From Patescibacteria group bacterium (lineage in GTDB: Bacteria; Patescibacteriota; Patescibacteriia; UBA11705; JABHMO01): 45,508 nt of DNA. Location: assembly GCA_018818405.1 (NCBI GenBank), contig JAHIRY010000040.1, positions 1 to 45,508 on the forward strand, written 5' to 3'. The notes below the pieces were generated by a model. That model was not told where the DNA came from. It saw nothing but the letters and a program-made list of their open reading frames with translations, and searched no databases. Within the stretch, counting starts at the first letter, position 1. Every line of letters begins with the position of its first letter. This document shows positions 29,969 through 38,478 of the stretch, in pieces. The translations under genes and the position numbers were made by a program.

Positions 29969-30856
29969 ATGAGCTCGAAAAACGAGAAATTCGGCCGAAT
30001 GGCCGAAGTGGTTCCTTTCAAACCCAGACCAAAAAAACAAGACATGGAGACAAGAGCGAGAATTCCGCATTCTGATCTGGATTCATATTTCGAAAACATG
30101 ATAAGATTGAAATTGCTTTCGAGAGATGATGTGAATCTCTTGGAAAAAGCGCTGGCTCCGCTCTTGGCGATTTTTCCTTTTCTGGAAACCATTGAAACTG
30201 TCAGAGAAGAAATCGCGCAGGAAGGCGTCACCAAAGACTTTATTCGCAGTGAAGAGCGCTGCAACTGGCTGAGCGCCGGAAGCAAAGGCGAAAGCTTCAT
30301 TGCCGGATTTGACTTTGAAAAAGCGTATGATCATTTCCTCGTCACCAGCGAGGAGGATGAAAATCGAACGGTTGTTTTTCTGGGAGGGAAAAACTCCGCG
30401 CAAAAATATGTTCCGCCCAGCCGGGCTGATGCGGAAACTTTCTTCTTCGTGATTCTCCGAATGTTCCGCTATCAATTCAATATTGAAATGAAGAGGGACA
30501 TTGATGAGCTGAACGAAAAAATCGCGGAATTGGAGGAAATCGAAGAACGAGAGAGAAAACTCAGAGATGAGGAAGATGAAGCGTCCGCTCCTCCATTGTC
30601 AGAGCTGGCAAAAGAAGCGGAGGCGCAGGAAAAAATCAAAACAACGATGGATGATGTTCGTCTCGTTGAACTCATGGCAAAGATGGGTGATCTCGCTGAA
30701 GACAAGGATGATGATGACGACATTCCGTCATTGTCGGAATTGACAGCGGAGAAATCGGTGAAAAAGCAAATCAAACCGCTGGAACCGCCAAACATGGATC
30801 CGCGGACTGAGCCGATTTCCCTGTGGCAAAAAATTCTCGCGTGGCTCAACTCTTGA
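29969..30856 (+). CDS. Hypothetical protein with acidic coiled coil
   Basis: AAGGAGG SD 5 nt before ATG; TTGACA at 29911; own terminator. Confidence 0.75.
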   Translation: MSSKNEKFGRMAEVVPFKPRPKKQDMETRARIPHSDLDSYFENMIRLKLLSRDDVNLLEKALAPLLAIFPFLETIETVREEIAQEGVTKDFIRSEERCNWLSAGSKGESFIAGFDFEKAYDHFLVTSEEDENRTVVFLGGKNSAQKYVPPSRADAETFFFVILRMFRYQFNIEMKRDIDELNEKIAELEEIEERERKLRDEEDEASAPPLSELAKEAEAQEKIKTTMDDVRLVELMAKMGDLAEDKDDDDDIPSLSELTAEKSVKKQIKPLEPPNMDPRTEPISLWQKILAWLNS

Positions 30857-30874
30857 AAACAGCCGCGCGAAAAA

Positions 30875-30910
30875 CGCGAGCCGGACATTCCGGACTCGCG
30901 CTTTTTTTTT
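30875..30910. terminator. Terminator between convergent genes
   Basis: CGCGAG-CCGGA-CAT-TCCGG-A-CTCGCG followed by T run. Confidence 0.75.
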
Positions 30911-32714
30911 ATTCATTTACTCTTTCTTTGTTTTCTCGCACAACCTTTTCAATGAATTCCGTGAATGGAATCGCGCCCAAATCGCCTTTGCCGTGCCGGC
31001 GGACAGCTACTGTTTTGTCTGTCTCTTCTTTTTCTCCGACAACCAAGAGATACGGAACTTTTTCTTTTTCACCGTTTCTTATTTTCTTTCCCAGTGATTC
31101 ATCATCATTATCGAGAACAACGCGAATTTCATTTTTCTTCAATTCCCGCGTTATTTCCTCTGCGTATTGATTGAACTTTTCCGAAATTGGCAGGACTTTC
31201 ACCTGAACCGGAGACAGCCACAGCGGAAAAGCGCCGGCATAATGTTCGATCAGCAAACCGATGAATCTTTCGAACGAACCCATGAGCGCGCGATGCAGCA
31301 TATACGGCCGTTCTTCTTTTCCTTCCGAATTGATATAGGTCATGTCAAATCTTTCCGGCAAATTGAAATCAAATTGAAGAGTGGAACATTGCCATTCTCG
31401 GCCGAGCGCGTCTTTAACTTTGTAATCCAGCTTCGGTCCGTAGAACGCGGCTTCACCTATTTCTTTTGAATATTCGATTCCCAGTTCAGAGGCGACTTTT
31501 TCCATTACAGCTTCAGTGAATTCCCAGCCTTCATCATTGCCCGTGTATTTTTCCTTGTTCGCCGGATCGCGCAATGACAAATAAATTTTATAATCGGAAA
31601 AACCGAATGAATCGAAAATATATTTTATAAAATTCGCCACTCGCTTTAATTCTTCCGCCACTTGCTCTCTCGTGCAAATGATATGCGCGTCATCCTGAGT
31701 AAATCCGCGAACGCGAGTCAATCCGGACAATTCGCCGGATTTTTCATAACGATAAACAGTGCCGCATTCCGCCCAGCGCAGAGGAAGATCTTTGTAAGAA
31801 TGCATTTCGGATTTGTAAATTTCAACATGAAACGGACAATTCATCGGCTTTAGCAAATATTCTTCTTTCGGTTTGTCCGAACCGGCGGAAGTTTGCTGTT
31901 CTTTCAATGATTTGCTCACTTCGATTGACGGATACATGCTCTCATTGTAAAAATTCCAATGTCCGGAAGTTTCCCAAAGCGCGCGACTGCCGATGTGCGG
32001 ACCGCGCACCAATTCATAACCGTTTTCCAGATGCGCTTTGTACCAAAAATCTTCAATCACCCGCCAGAGCATCGCGCCTTTCGGCTTCCACAGAGGAAGA
32101 CCGAGGCCGACGACCGGATCGAGAACAAACAAATCTTTTCCAATAACGCGATGATCTCTTTTTTCCGCTTCTTCCAAAAGATTCAAATAATTTTCCAATT
32201 CTTCATTCGTTTCAAATGCCAAGCCGTAAATTCTCTGAAGCATTTTGTTTTTTTCATCGCCCCGCCAATACGCGCCCGCCAACTTTTGCAATTTAAATGC
32301 GCCGATCTCGCCGGTTGACTCAACATGAGGACCGCGGCACATGTCTTCGAAAACAACATTGCCGTCTTTGTCGATATTTTTGTAAAAACTTATTTCCGTT
32401 TCTCCTTCGCGCGCCAGATCGTCAATCATTTCATGTTTATATTCATTGCCTTTAACTTTTTCCAAAGCTTCGGAAATCGGCAATTTATATTGTTCAAATC
32501 GGTATTTTGCTTTTACAATATTTTTCATTTCTTTTTCCAGCCGTTTCAAATCTCCCGGAGCAAAAGATTCTTCACCCAGATCAAAATCATAATAGAATCC
32601 ATTGTCAATCGCCGGTCCGATAGTTAATTTCGCGTTCGGATAAAATTTCAATACAGCCTGCGCCAAAATGTGCGAAAGAGAATGGCGCATGATTGTTAAT
32701 TTTTCATTGTCCAT
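30909..32714 (-). CDS. thrS: Threonine--tRNA ligase (no N-terminal TGS domain)
   Basis: RHSLSH, DMCRGPHV, RDHR, KPMNCPFH, LTRVRGFTQDDAH, GSFERF; start MDNEK at 32714. Confidence 0.97.
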   Translation of the reverse strand: MDNEKLTIMRHSLSHILAQAVLKFYPNAKLTIGPAIDNGFYYDFDLGEESFAPGDLKRLEKEMKNIVKAKYRFEQYKLPISEALEKVKGNEYKHEMIDDLAREGETEISFYKNIDKDGNVVFEDMCRGPHVESTGEIGAFKLQKLAGAYWRGDEKNKMLQRIYGLAFETNEELENYLNLLEEAEKRDHRVIGKDLFVLDPVVGLGLPLWKPKGAMLWRVIEDFWYKAHLENGYELVRGPHIGSRALWETSGHWNFYNESMYPSIEVSKSLKEQQTSAGSDKPKEEYLLKPMNCPFHVEIYKSEMHSYKDLPLRWAECGTVYRYEKSGELSGLTRVRGFTQDDAHIICTREQVAEELKRVANFIKYIFDSFGFSDYKIYLSLRDPANKEKYTGNDEGWEFTEAVMEKVASELGIEYSKEIGEAAFYGPKLDYKVKDALGREWQCSTLQFDFNLPERFDMTYINSEGKEERPYMLHRALMGSFERFIGLLIEHYAGAFPLWLSPVQVKVLPISEKFNQYAEEITRELKKNEIRVVLDNDDESLGKKIRNGEKEKVPYLLVVGEKEETDKTVAVRRHGKGDLGAIPFTEFIEKVVRENKERVNE

Positions 32715-32895
32715 ATTTTTATAAGCGAGAAAGCGTAAAAGCGAGATAAGTTTACCCCGCCCGCGGCGGGGCGAGTTAAGCATATGCAGCGGCGGATTGC
32801 ATCCGCCGAAACGTCGTGTCGCGACGCAAAATCTTGCGCCCAATTCTAAATAGTCTTAACGCATTTTATTTGCTTTGACGCATTCGTTTATTAAT

Positions 32896-33130
32896 AAAAA
32901 AACCAAGGTCATAAAAATTAACCTTGGGGTCCCACCAGACAGCCTGCCGTCCATTTTATCTTTCGAAATTAATAAAATCTGACGGCCTGCCGTCCGCAGC
33001 TCCGCAGAGCGCAGGACGGTTCCACCCAAGTTTCTCTGAAATTTTTCAGAGACACTCTTTTCGCCAAAACTTAGTTTAGCTCTTCGCTAAAATCCGAGTC
33101 GGATAATCGGTTGGTGGCCGATTCAATCGT
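32896..33130 (-). promoter_or_regulatory. T-box riboswitch (Thr specifier ACC) with intrinsic terminator
   Basis: T-box AGAGAAACTTGGGTGGAACCG; antiterminator CTTGGG/CCCAAG and GTCC/GGAC flanking the UGGAACC bulge; overlapping terminator CCAAGGT..ACCTTGG-T7; stem ATCGG-CCACCAA-CCGAT. Confidence 0.85.
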
Positions 33131-33144
33131 TTTGAACTGTTTGC

Positions 33145-33172
33145 ATTATATCAAAATCAAATAAATCGTCAA
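33145..33172 (-). promoter_or_regulatory. Sigma70 promoter of the thrS leader
   Basis: TTGACG-N16-TATAAT on the minus strand. Confidence 0.75.
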
Positions 33173-33179
33173 TTATCAA

Positions 33180-34325
33180 TCATTTACTGGGACGAACTAT
33201 TGTAATGACGATATGATCTTTCAAGCTGGGAATTCTTTTCACCCAGAACGGCGAAAGCGAAATTTTCACTGATTCGACGGAATCGAAATTCGCCAAATAC
33301 AATTCCACGCCTTTTGTGCTCAAGCCGGCGATTTTTTCCTTGTCGAAAATAGCATTGTCTTCCTTTATGATATTTTCTCCTTCAACATGCACTCGCACAT
33401 TGGCTGTCTTTGTATCAACATTGTAATTTTGAACATTGTAGGAAAAATTATTCATATTCAAACTCAACAACTGCTGGCCGTCCGGCACGATTGACTGCAA
33501 ACGACTGCCCGCAAGTTCGAGAATTTTCTCCTGATCCAGCGCAATGGCGGAAATTTTCAGTTTCATTTCAACCGTAAATTTATCCTTTACCGATTCCACC
33601 GGATCGGAAACATTTTCTGACACAACTTCTTTTGCCACAATGATTACCGCGTAATTTTTTCCGGAAACTTGCAGATTGAAATCTTCGAGCGCTTTTGCTT
33701 TCAAGTCTTCTTCCAATTTTTCTTTTGCGCGCGCGATGTCAGCGGCTTTTATCACGCTCACGGAAACGCCCGTGCTCTTCAAGACCGATTGGCTCTCCGC
33801 GTAAACCAGCGATTGCATGCTCTGAGACAATCCGGGAATAATGAAATTCGTTGCCGGCAATTCTTCAAATGAAGTCGGATCATCCGCGTAAACATCTGCT
33901 TCGACCTGTCCGTTGGCCGGAATATCCACGCGATCGGTCAGTCGCAATAAAACGCCGTTCGGATCCAGCAGTCTGGTGGTTTTTACCAGCGCTTGGCTGT
34001 CCCCTCTTTTATTGTAAACAATGACTTTTCCAATGGAATTTCCTGAAAGTCCTTTTGAACCGGTGGCTGTTTCCTCGAGCGAGCCGTCAACCTCTGTTTC
34101 CATCAATTTCGCCTGTAGCGAACCGGATCCGCCTCCGCCGTCAGCCTCCACGTCAGCGACAAATTCGGTTTCAAGCTTCGTCACGCGCGGAGTCACTTCG
34201 ATCACCGCTTTGCTCGCTGAAAAATAAAAAATTATTACAACCAACAAAACCGTGATAACGACAAAACCCAATATCATTTTTTTATAGCCCTCGCTCACGC
34301 CAGGGTGATTGCTTCGTATATACAT
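33180..34325 (-). CDS. Baseplate J-like domain membrane-anchored protein (common in CPR)
   Basis: N-terminal TM; GKVIVYN...Q.LVKTTRL, VYAD..., F.IPGL pattern. Confidence 0.6.
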   Translation of the reverse strand: MYIRSNHPGVSEGYKKMILGFVVITVLLVVIIFYFSASKAVIEVTPRVTKLETEFVADVEADGGGGSGSLQAKLMETEVDGSLEETATGSKGLSGNSIGKVIVYNKRGDSQALVKTTRLLDPNGVLLRLTDRVDIPANGQVEADVYADDPTSFEELPATNFIIPGLSQSMQSLVYAESQSVLKSTGVSVSVIKAADIARAKEKLEEDLKAKALEDFNLQVSGKNYAVIIVAKEVVSENVSDPVESVKDKFTVEMKLKISAIALDQEKILELAGSRLQSIVPDGQQLLSLNMNNFSYNVQNYNVDTKTANVRVHVEGENIIKEDNAIFDKEKIAGLSTKGVELYLANFDSVESVKISLSPFWVKRIPSLKDHIVITIVRPSK

Positions 34326-34465
34326 AAGTTAATGTTTTTATTTTTACTCATTTTTAATTTTATCAAAAAACAATGAAAAACAAAAGCGGAAAGATTGAAT
34401 CGCGTTGAAACCGGATGAAAGTCTGTTAATAACTTTGTTAAATAAAAATTCCGTTTGGCAGAGAT

Positions 34466-35278
34466 TCACAGCGGACTTTTTATATTTCGCAAAGCCATGT
34501 TGGTCAGATGCGTGTAAATTTGCGTTGTTCGGATATTTTGATGGCCGAGGAGTTCCTGCACATAGCGCACGTCCACTCCGTTTTCCAGGAGATGCGTGGC
34601 AAAGCTGTGGCGCAAAGAATGAAAAGTTGCTGATTTCCCAACTTTTGCTTTCTTCAATGCATTCTCAAAAATTTTCTGCGCGGTTCTCTCGGTCAATCTG
34701 CCGCCGCGCTCGCTTTCCAGTAAAAATTCATCAAAATCACGACAGCCAATCATTTTTATCAGGTCATCTTTCAGTTTTTCCGGAATTACTGAAATTCGAT
34801 CTTTTCCTCCTTTCGATTGTCTGATCGCAATTTGCAAATGAACGCAATCGATGTCTTTTATTTTTAATTTTACAATTTCCGAAACACGAAGTCCCGAGCC
34901 ATAAGCAAGCGCAATAAGCATCCGATGTTTATTATTTCTGATGGAAGCAAGAATTACGGCAATCTCTTCTCGAGAAAAAATTACGGGCAAGCGTTTCGGT
35001 TTGCGCGCATATTTCAAATTAATGCAAAACGGCGCTTTTACTATATTCTCATAAAAAAACTTGATTGCATTCAATCGCACATTAACGGTTTGACCGGAAA
35101 TGCCGCGTTCCAACAAACCCGCCAAATACTTTTTCGTCTTGTATTCATCGAATTTTTCAAAATCACAACCCAAATATCTGAAATAATCCTCAATACAACT
35201 CAAATAACTTTTCACAGTACTCCGGCTGTAATTTCGATACTTCAATTCAATTTCCATTTTCTCAATCCATTGTTGCAT
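34466..35278 (-). CDS. Tyrosine recombinase, IntI-like but lacking the IntI-specific insertion
   Basis: YSxxT..Y SAM-like N-domain, PKRLPV, GLRVSE, KGGKDR, HSLRHSFATHLL, LLGH, TQIYTH; only about 20 aa between the KDR strand region and the pre-HxLRH helix. Confidence 0.93.
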   Translation of the reverse strand: MQQWIEKMEIELKYRNYSRSTVKSYLSCIEDYFRYLGCDFEKFDEYKTKKYLAGLLERGISGQTVNVRLNAIKFFYENIVKAPFCINLKYARKPKRLPVIFSREEIAVILASIRNNKHRMLIALAYGSGLRVSEIVKLKIKDIDCVHLQIAIRQSKGGKDRISVIPEKLKDDLIKMIGCRDFDEFLLESERGGRLTERTAQKIFENALKKAKVGKSATFHSLRHSFATHLLENGVDVRYVQELLGHQNIRTTQIYTHLTNMALRNIKSPL

Positions 35279-35301
35279 AGAACCCCTCCCTTTGTTATAA
35301 T
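35273..35301 (+). promoter_or_regulatory. Pc-like cassette promoter overlapping the recombinase start codon and SD
   Basis: TTGCAT-N17-TATAAT with extended TG. Confidence 0.75.
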
Positions 35302-35313
35302 TATCTTAATCAA

Positions 35314-35322
35314 ATTATAACA
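35314..35322 (-). promoter_or_regulatory. Pint-like extended -10 promoter for the recombinase
   Basis: TGTTATAAT on the minus strand; SD GGGAGGGG before ATG. Confidence 0.6.
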
Positions 35323-35362
35323 TAAATCATAACACAATTCGTTTTAGCTACCAATTATTGCA

Positions 35363-35401
35363 TCTTATACGAAAACATTTCGCATAAGAACGAGTTATAT
35401 G
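35363..35401 (+). other. attI-like primary recombination site
   Basis: Hairpin TCTTATACGAAA-ACA-TTTCGCATAAGA, then ACGA and core GTTATATG; CGCATA box shared with attC right arms. Confidence 0.7.
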
Positions 35402-35622
35402 AAATACATGTTTTCCTTTTGGGGCTATCGCCCCAGCTCTTAAAAAGAATCCGATTTTGTTTTTCTTTTATTATAGAGGGGAAATATGGAGTTTTCTTCG
35501 CTACGCTACGAAAACATTTATTTTATAAGGGGAATAAGCGGTATTTCCTCCGCTTCGCTCCGGAAACGGTTTATTTATTAGGGGAAAACGAATACAATAA
35601 CATTTGTTAAAACATAATAACT

Positions 35623-38214
35623 ATGGCAAACGATAAAGAAGCAAAAGCGCGAATAAAAATTAATAAACTCCTTGAGGATTCAGGGTGGCGTTTTGATGAT
35701 TCTAAAAATGGAAAAGCCAACATCCAACTTGAGGCTGGCGTAAAATTCAATGAACTCGATGAAAATTTAGAAAACGCCGTAACCAGCGATGGTCGTCGCG
35801 GAGCAATTGATTTTCTCTTACTTGATAAAGACGGACGCGCGCTTGTCGTATTAGAAGCAAAAAAAGAATCAATTGATCCACTTTCCGCAAAAGAACAAGC
35901 TAGAAATTATGCACGCAACGTCAATGCACGTTTTGTAATTCTTTCAAACGGCAATATTCATTATTTTTGGGACACTAAACATGGCAATCCGGAAGTGATT
36001 TCTAGATTTCCTACCCAAGATTCAATTACTCAATTCGAAAAATGGGAACCAAATCCAAAAGAATTGGCCGAAACAAAAGTAGATGAAAATTATATTATTG
36101 AATCCCAAATGCCGGGATTTGCCAACGATCCAACTTTTCAAAATACCGACACACGAGGAGAATTTCTAAAAAACAACAATTTAAAACAACTCCGACCTTA
36201 TCAAGTAAACGCAATAAAAAGCCTTCAAACTTCGGCGCAATCAGGACAGAATCGCTTTTTGTTTGAAATGGCAACAGGCACAGGCAAAACCCTTATTTCC
36301 GCCGCCGTCATCAAGTTATTTCTCAAATCAGGCAATGCGCGCAGAGTTTTGTTTTTAGTAGATCGTCTTGAACTTGAAGATCAAGCATTTAAGGCATTTA
36401 GAAACTATTTGGGGCATGATTATGGAACTGTAATTTACAAAGATTCTCACGATTCTTGGCAGAACGCACAAATTGTCGTTTCCACAATTCAGACATTTCT
36501 TGCCGGAGACAGATACAAAAAAGATTTTTCGCCAACCGATTTTGAATTTGTTATTTCCGATGAAGCCCATCGTTCAATTGGAGGAAACAGTCGTGCCGTA
36601 TTTGAATATTTTGTCGGCTATAAATTGGGATTAACCGCTACTCCAAAAGATTATCTAAGAGGATTTGACGGAGAAAATGGCGACACTCAAAGAGAATTTG
36701 AAAGAAGGCAACTTCTCGATACTTACAAAACTTTTGGCTGTGAATCAGGCGAACCAACTTTTCGCTATGATCTTGTCGCCGGAGTAAATGATGGATTTTT
36801 GATCAATCCGATTGTGGTAGACGCACGGACAGAGATAACCACTGATTTGCTTTCCGACGAAGGATTGGCAGTTCACAAAACAAATGAAAATGGCGAATCA
36901 ACTGATGACATTTTCAACGAACGGCATTATGAGCGTAAATTTTTCAACGAGGAAACCAACATCGCCATGTGTAAGGCGTTTATGGATAATGCGCTTTTTG
37001 ATCCAATGGCAAAAAAACGAGGCATTGAATTGTTTGGCAAATCAATTGTTTTCTGTGTTTCTCAAAGGCATGCTGCCAAAATTACCAATATTCTCAACAA
37101 ACTAGCTTTTGAGAAATGGCCAGATCAATACAATGAATCAGATTTTGCCGTTCAAGTTACTTCTCTAGTACAAAACGCCCAGCAAATGACTATAAATTTT
37201 GCCAATAACATGCTTTCAGGCAAGGTACGACAACCCGAAGGCTATGATTCCAGTAAGACCAGAATTGCTGTAACTGTGGGGATGATGACTACTGGCTATG
37301 ATTGCCAGGATATTTTAAATCTTGCTTTGATGCGCCCTGTTTTTTCTCCGGCTGATTTTGTGCAAATCAAAGGGCGTGGCACTCGCAAATATACTTTTGA
37401 ATATGAAGATTATAATTCGGACGAAACTATCGCAGAACCAAAAGAACATTTTAAATTTTTCGATTTCTTTGCAACCTGCGAATACTTTGAAAATGAGTTT
37501 CCTTATGATGAAAAAATTAAACTCCCTGTAGTAAAACAAATTAAATCCGTTGAAGATATTGTTAAAAACCAAGCTAAACAAGGCGAGTTTGTCGATGAAA
37601 ACGGAAACAAAATTTTCAAAGGTCCAATTGACTTGGCAGAAAGCGACGAAGTGGCATCAATAACAGAAACACCGGTCGGAGTAGAAGGTATGCGAATTGA
37701 CCGCGAAGGATTCAAGAGAGCGGTAGAAGAAGATATACGCGGAAACGAAACCCTCAAAAACCTTTGGGAAAATGGCGATACTGAAGAAGCCGAAGATTTT
37801 GCTAAAAAACATGTACTTGATAAACCAAAATATTTTCTCAATCTTGATAAAATTCGTAAAATTTTCAATGTTGATCGTCGAATTAGCGTCAAAGAATTTT
37901 TGCAGGTTGCCTTTGGTGACAAAGATACCTTTGAAATGAAAGATGATTTATTGGAATCAGAATGGGATAAATTTCAAGAAGTAAATTTCAATAATCAGGA
38001 AATTGAAACAGAAAAATATCAAGCGATAAAAATGTTTTTCAAAGCGTATATCGTAGACGAAGAAGTCCGCGATATTATTAAACGAAACCAGCCGGCGGAC
38101 TTTTATCACTGTGCTTCATTTGATTTTTCCGAATATCAAAGACTAAATGGCTTTAAAGAACTCGTGCCAAGATACATCAAAGATTATGTATCACTTAATA
38201 CTTTTATGAATTAG
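35623..38214 (+). CDS. hsdR: Type I restriction enzyme R subunit
   Basis: D...EAK nuclease motif, ATGTGKT, DEAHRS, LTATP, MMTTGYD, QIKGRGTR. Confidence 0.93.
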   Translation: MANDKEAKARIKINKLLEDSGWRFDDSKNGKANIQLEAGVKFNELDENLENAVTSDGRRGAIDFLLLDKDGRALVVLEAKKESIDPLSAKEQARNYARNVNARFVILSNGNIHYFWDTKHGNPEVISRFPTQDSITQFEKWEPNPKELAETKVDENYIIESQMPGFANDPTFQNTDTRGEFLKNNNLKQLRPYQVNAIKSLQTSAQSGQNRFLFEMATGTGKTLISAAVIKLFLKSGNARRVLFLVDRLELEDQAFKAFRNYLGHDYGTVIYKDSHDSWQNAQIVVSTIQTFLAGDRYKKDFSPTDFEFVISDEAHRSIGGNSRAVFEYFVGYKLGLTATPKDYLRGFDGENGDTQREFERRQLLDTYKTFGCESGEPTFRYDLVAGVNDGFLINPIVVDARTEITTDLLSDEGLAVHKTNENGESTDDIFNERHYERKFFNEETNIAMCKAFMDNALFDPMAKKRGIELFGKSIVFCVSQRHAAKITNILNKLAFEKWPDQYNESDFAVQVTSLVQNAQQMTINFANNMLSGKVRQPEGYDSSKTRIAVTVGMMTTGYDCQDILNLALMRPVFSPADFVQIKGRGTRKYTFEYEDYNSDETIAEPKEHFKFFDFFATCEYFENEFPYDEKIKLPVVKQIKSVEDIVKNQAKQGEFVDENGNKIFKGPIDLAESDEVASITETPVGVEGMRIDREGFKRAVEEDIRGNETLKNLWENGDTEEAEDFAKKHVLDKPKYFLNLDKIRKIFNVDRRISVKEFLQVAFGDKDTFEMKDDLLESEWDKFQEVNFNNQEIETEKYQAIKMFFKAYIVDEEVRDIIKRNQPADFYHCASFDFSEYQRLNGFKELVPRYIKDYVSLNTFMN

Positions 38215-38216
38215 AC

Positions 38217-38474
38217 ATGTCTAAAAATAAAAAAAAACAAACAATCGGATTTTGGGATAAGGGAAAAGAAACAACACTTATTAATTGTTCTAGCGAAGGT
38301 TTTGATATTGGCCTAAAGTCAGAGGGTGAAGGGCTACTGGCTAAAAATTTTAAATCGCTAGGTAATACTACAAATTCTGATTGGTATGAAAAATGGTGGA
38401 TGAAATATATTATTTTTCCTCTTGCTGTACTAATCATTGGAGCTTTTGTTATTTTTTATATTGGATTAAATTAA
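38217..38474 (+). CDS. Small protein with C-terminal TM helix within the R-M operon
   Basis: 85 aa; 2 nt after hsdR stop and 4 nt before hsdM start; WWMKYIIFPLAVLIIGAFVIFYIG. Confidence 0.7.
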   Translation: MSKNKKKQTIGFWDKGKETTLINCSSEGFDIGLKSEGEGLLAKNFKSLGNTTNSDWYEKWWMKYIIFPLAVLIIGAFVIFYIGLN

Positions 38475-38478
38475 AACT

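Noticed and set aside
32715-32843. 43-aa N-terminal extension of ThrS in the ORF track
   Set aside because: It translates GC hairpins in the leader; homology starts at MDNEK (32714).
33180-34325. Prophage or contractile injection system from the baseplate J-like gene
   Set aside because: It is a solitary membrane-anchored gene with no other structural phage genes nearby.
34415-34445. dif-like site (CTTTGTTAAAT) downstream of the recombinase
   Set aside because: Only a partial match to the XerD arm, with no credible XerC arm, in AT-rich DNA.
234-34824. Numerous 60-260-aa ORFs antisense to or overlapping recognised genes (e.g. 17467-18258, 23759-24436, 14672-15262, 34405-34824)
   Set aside because: Shadow frames of well-supported genes, with no motifs or start signals.
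34466-35278. Housekeeping XerC/XerD call
   Set aside because: The N-terminus and PKRLPV segment are IntI-like and the gene abuts a cassette array; a tree is still needed to exclude this fully.
35419-35610. 63-aa ORF before hsdR
   Set aside because: It overlaps the IR and REP-like hairpins, has a non-ATG start and no SD.
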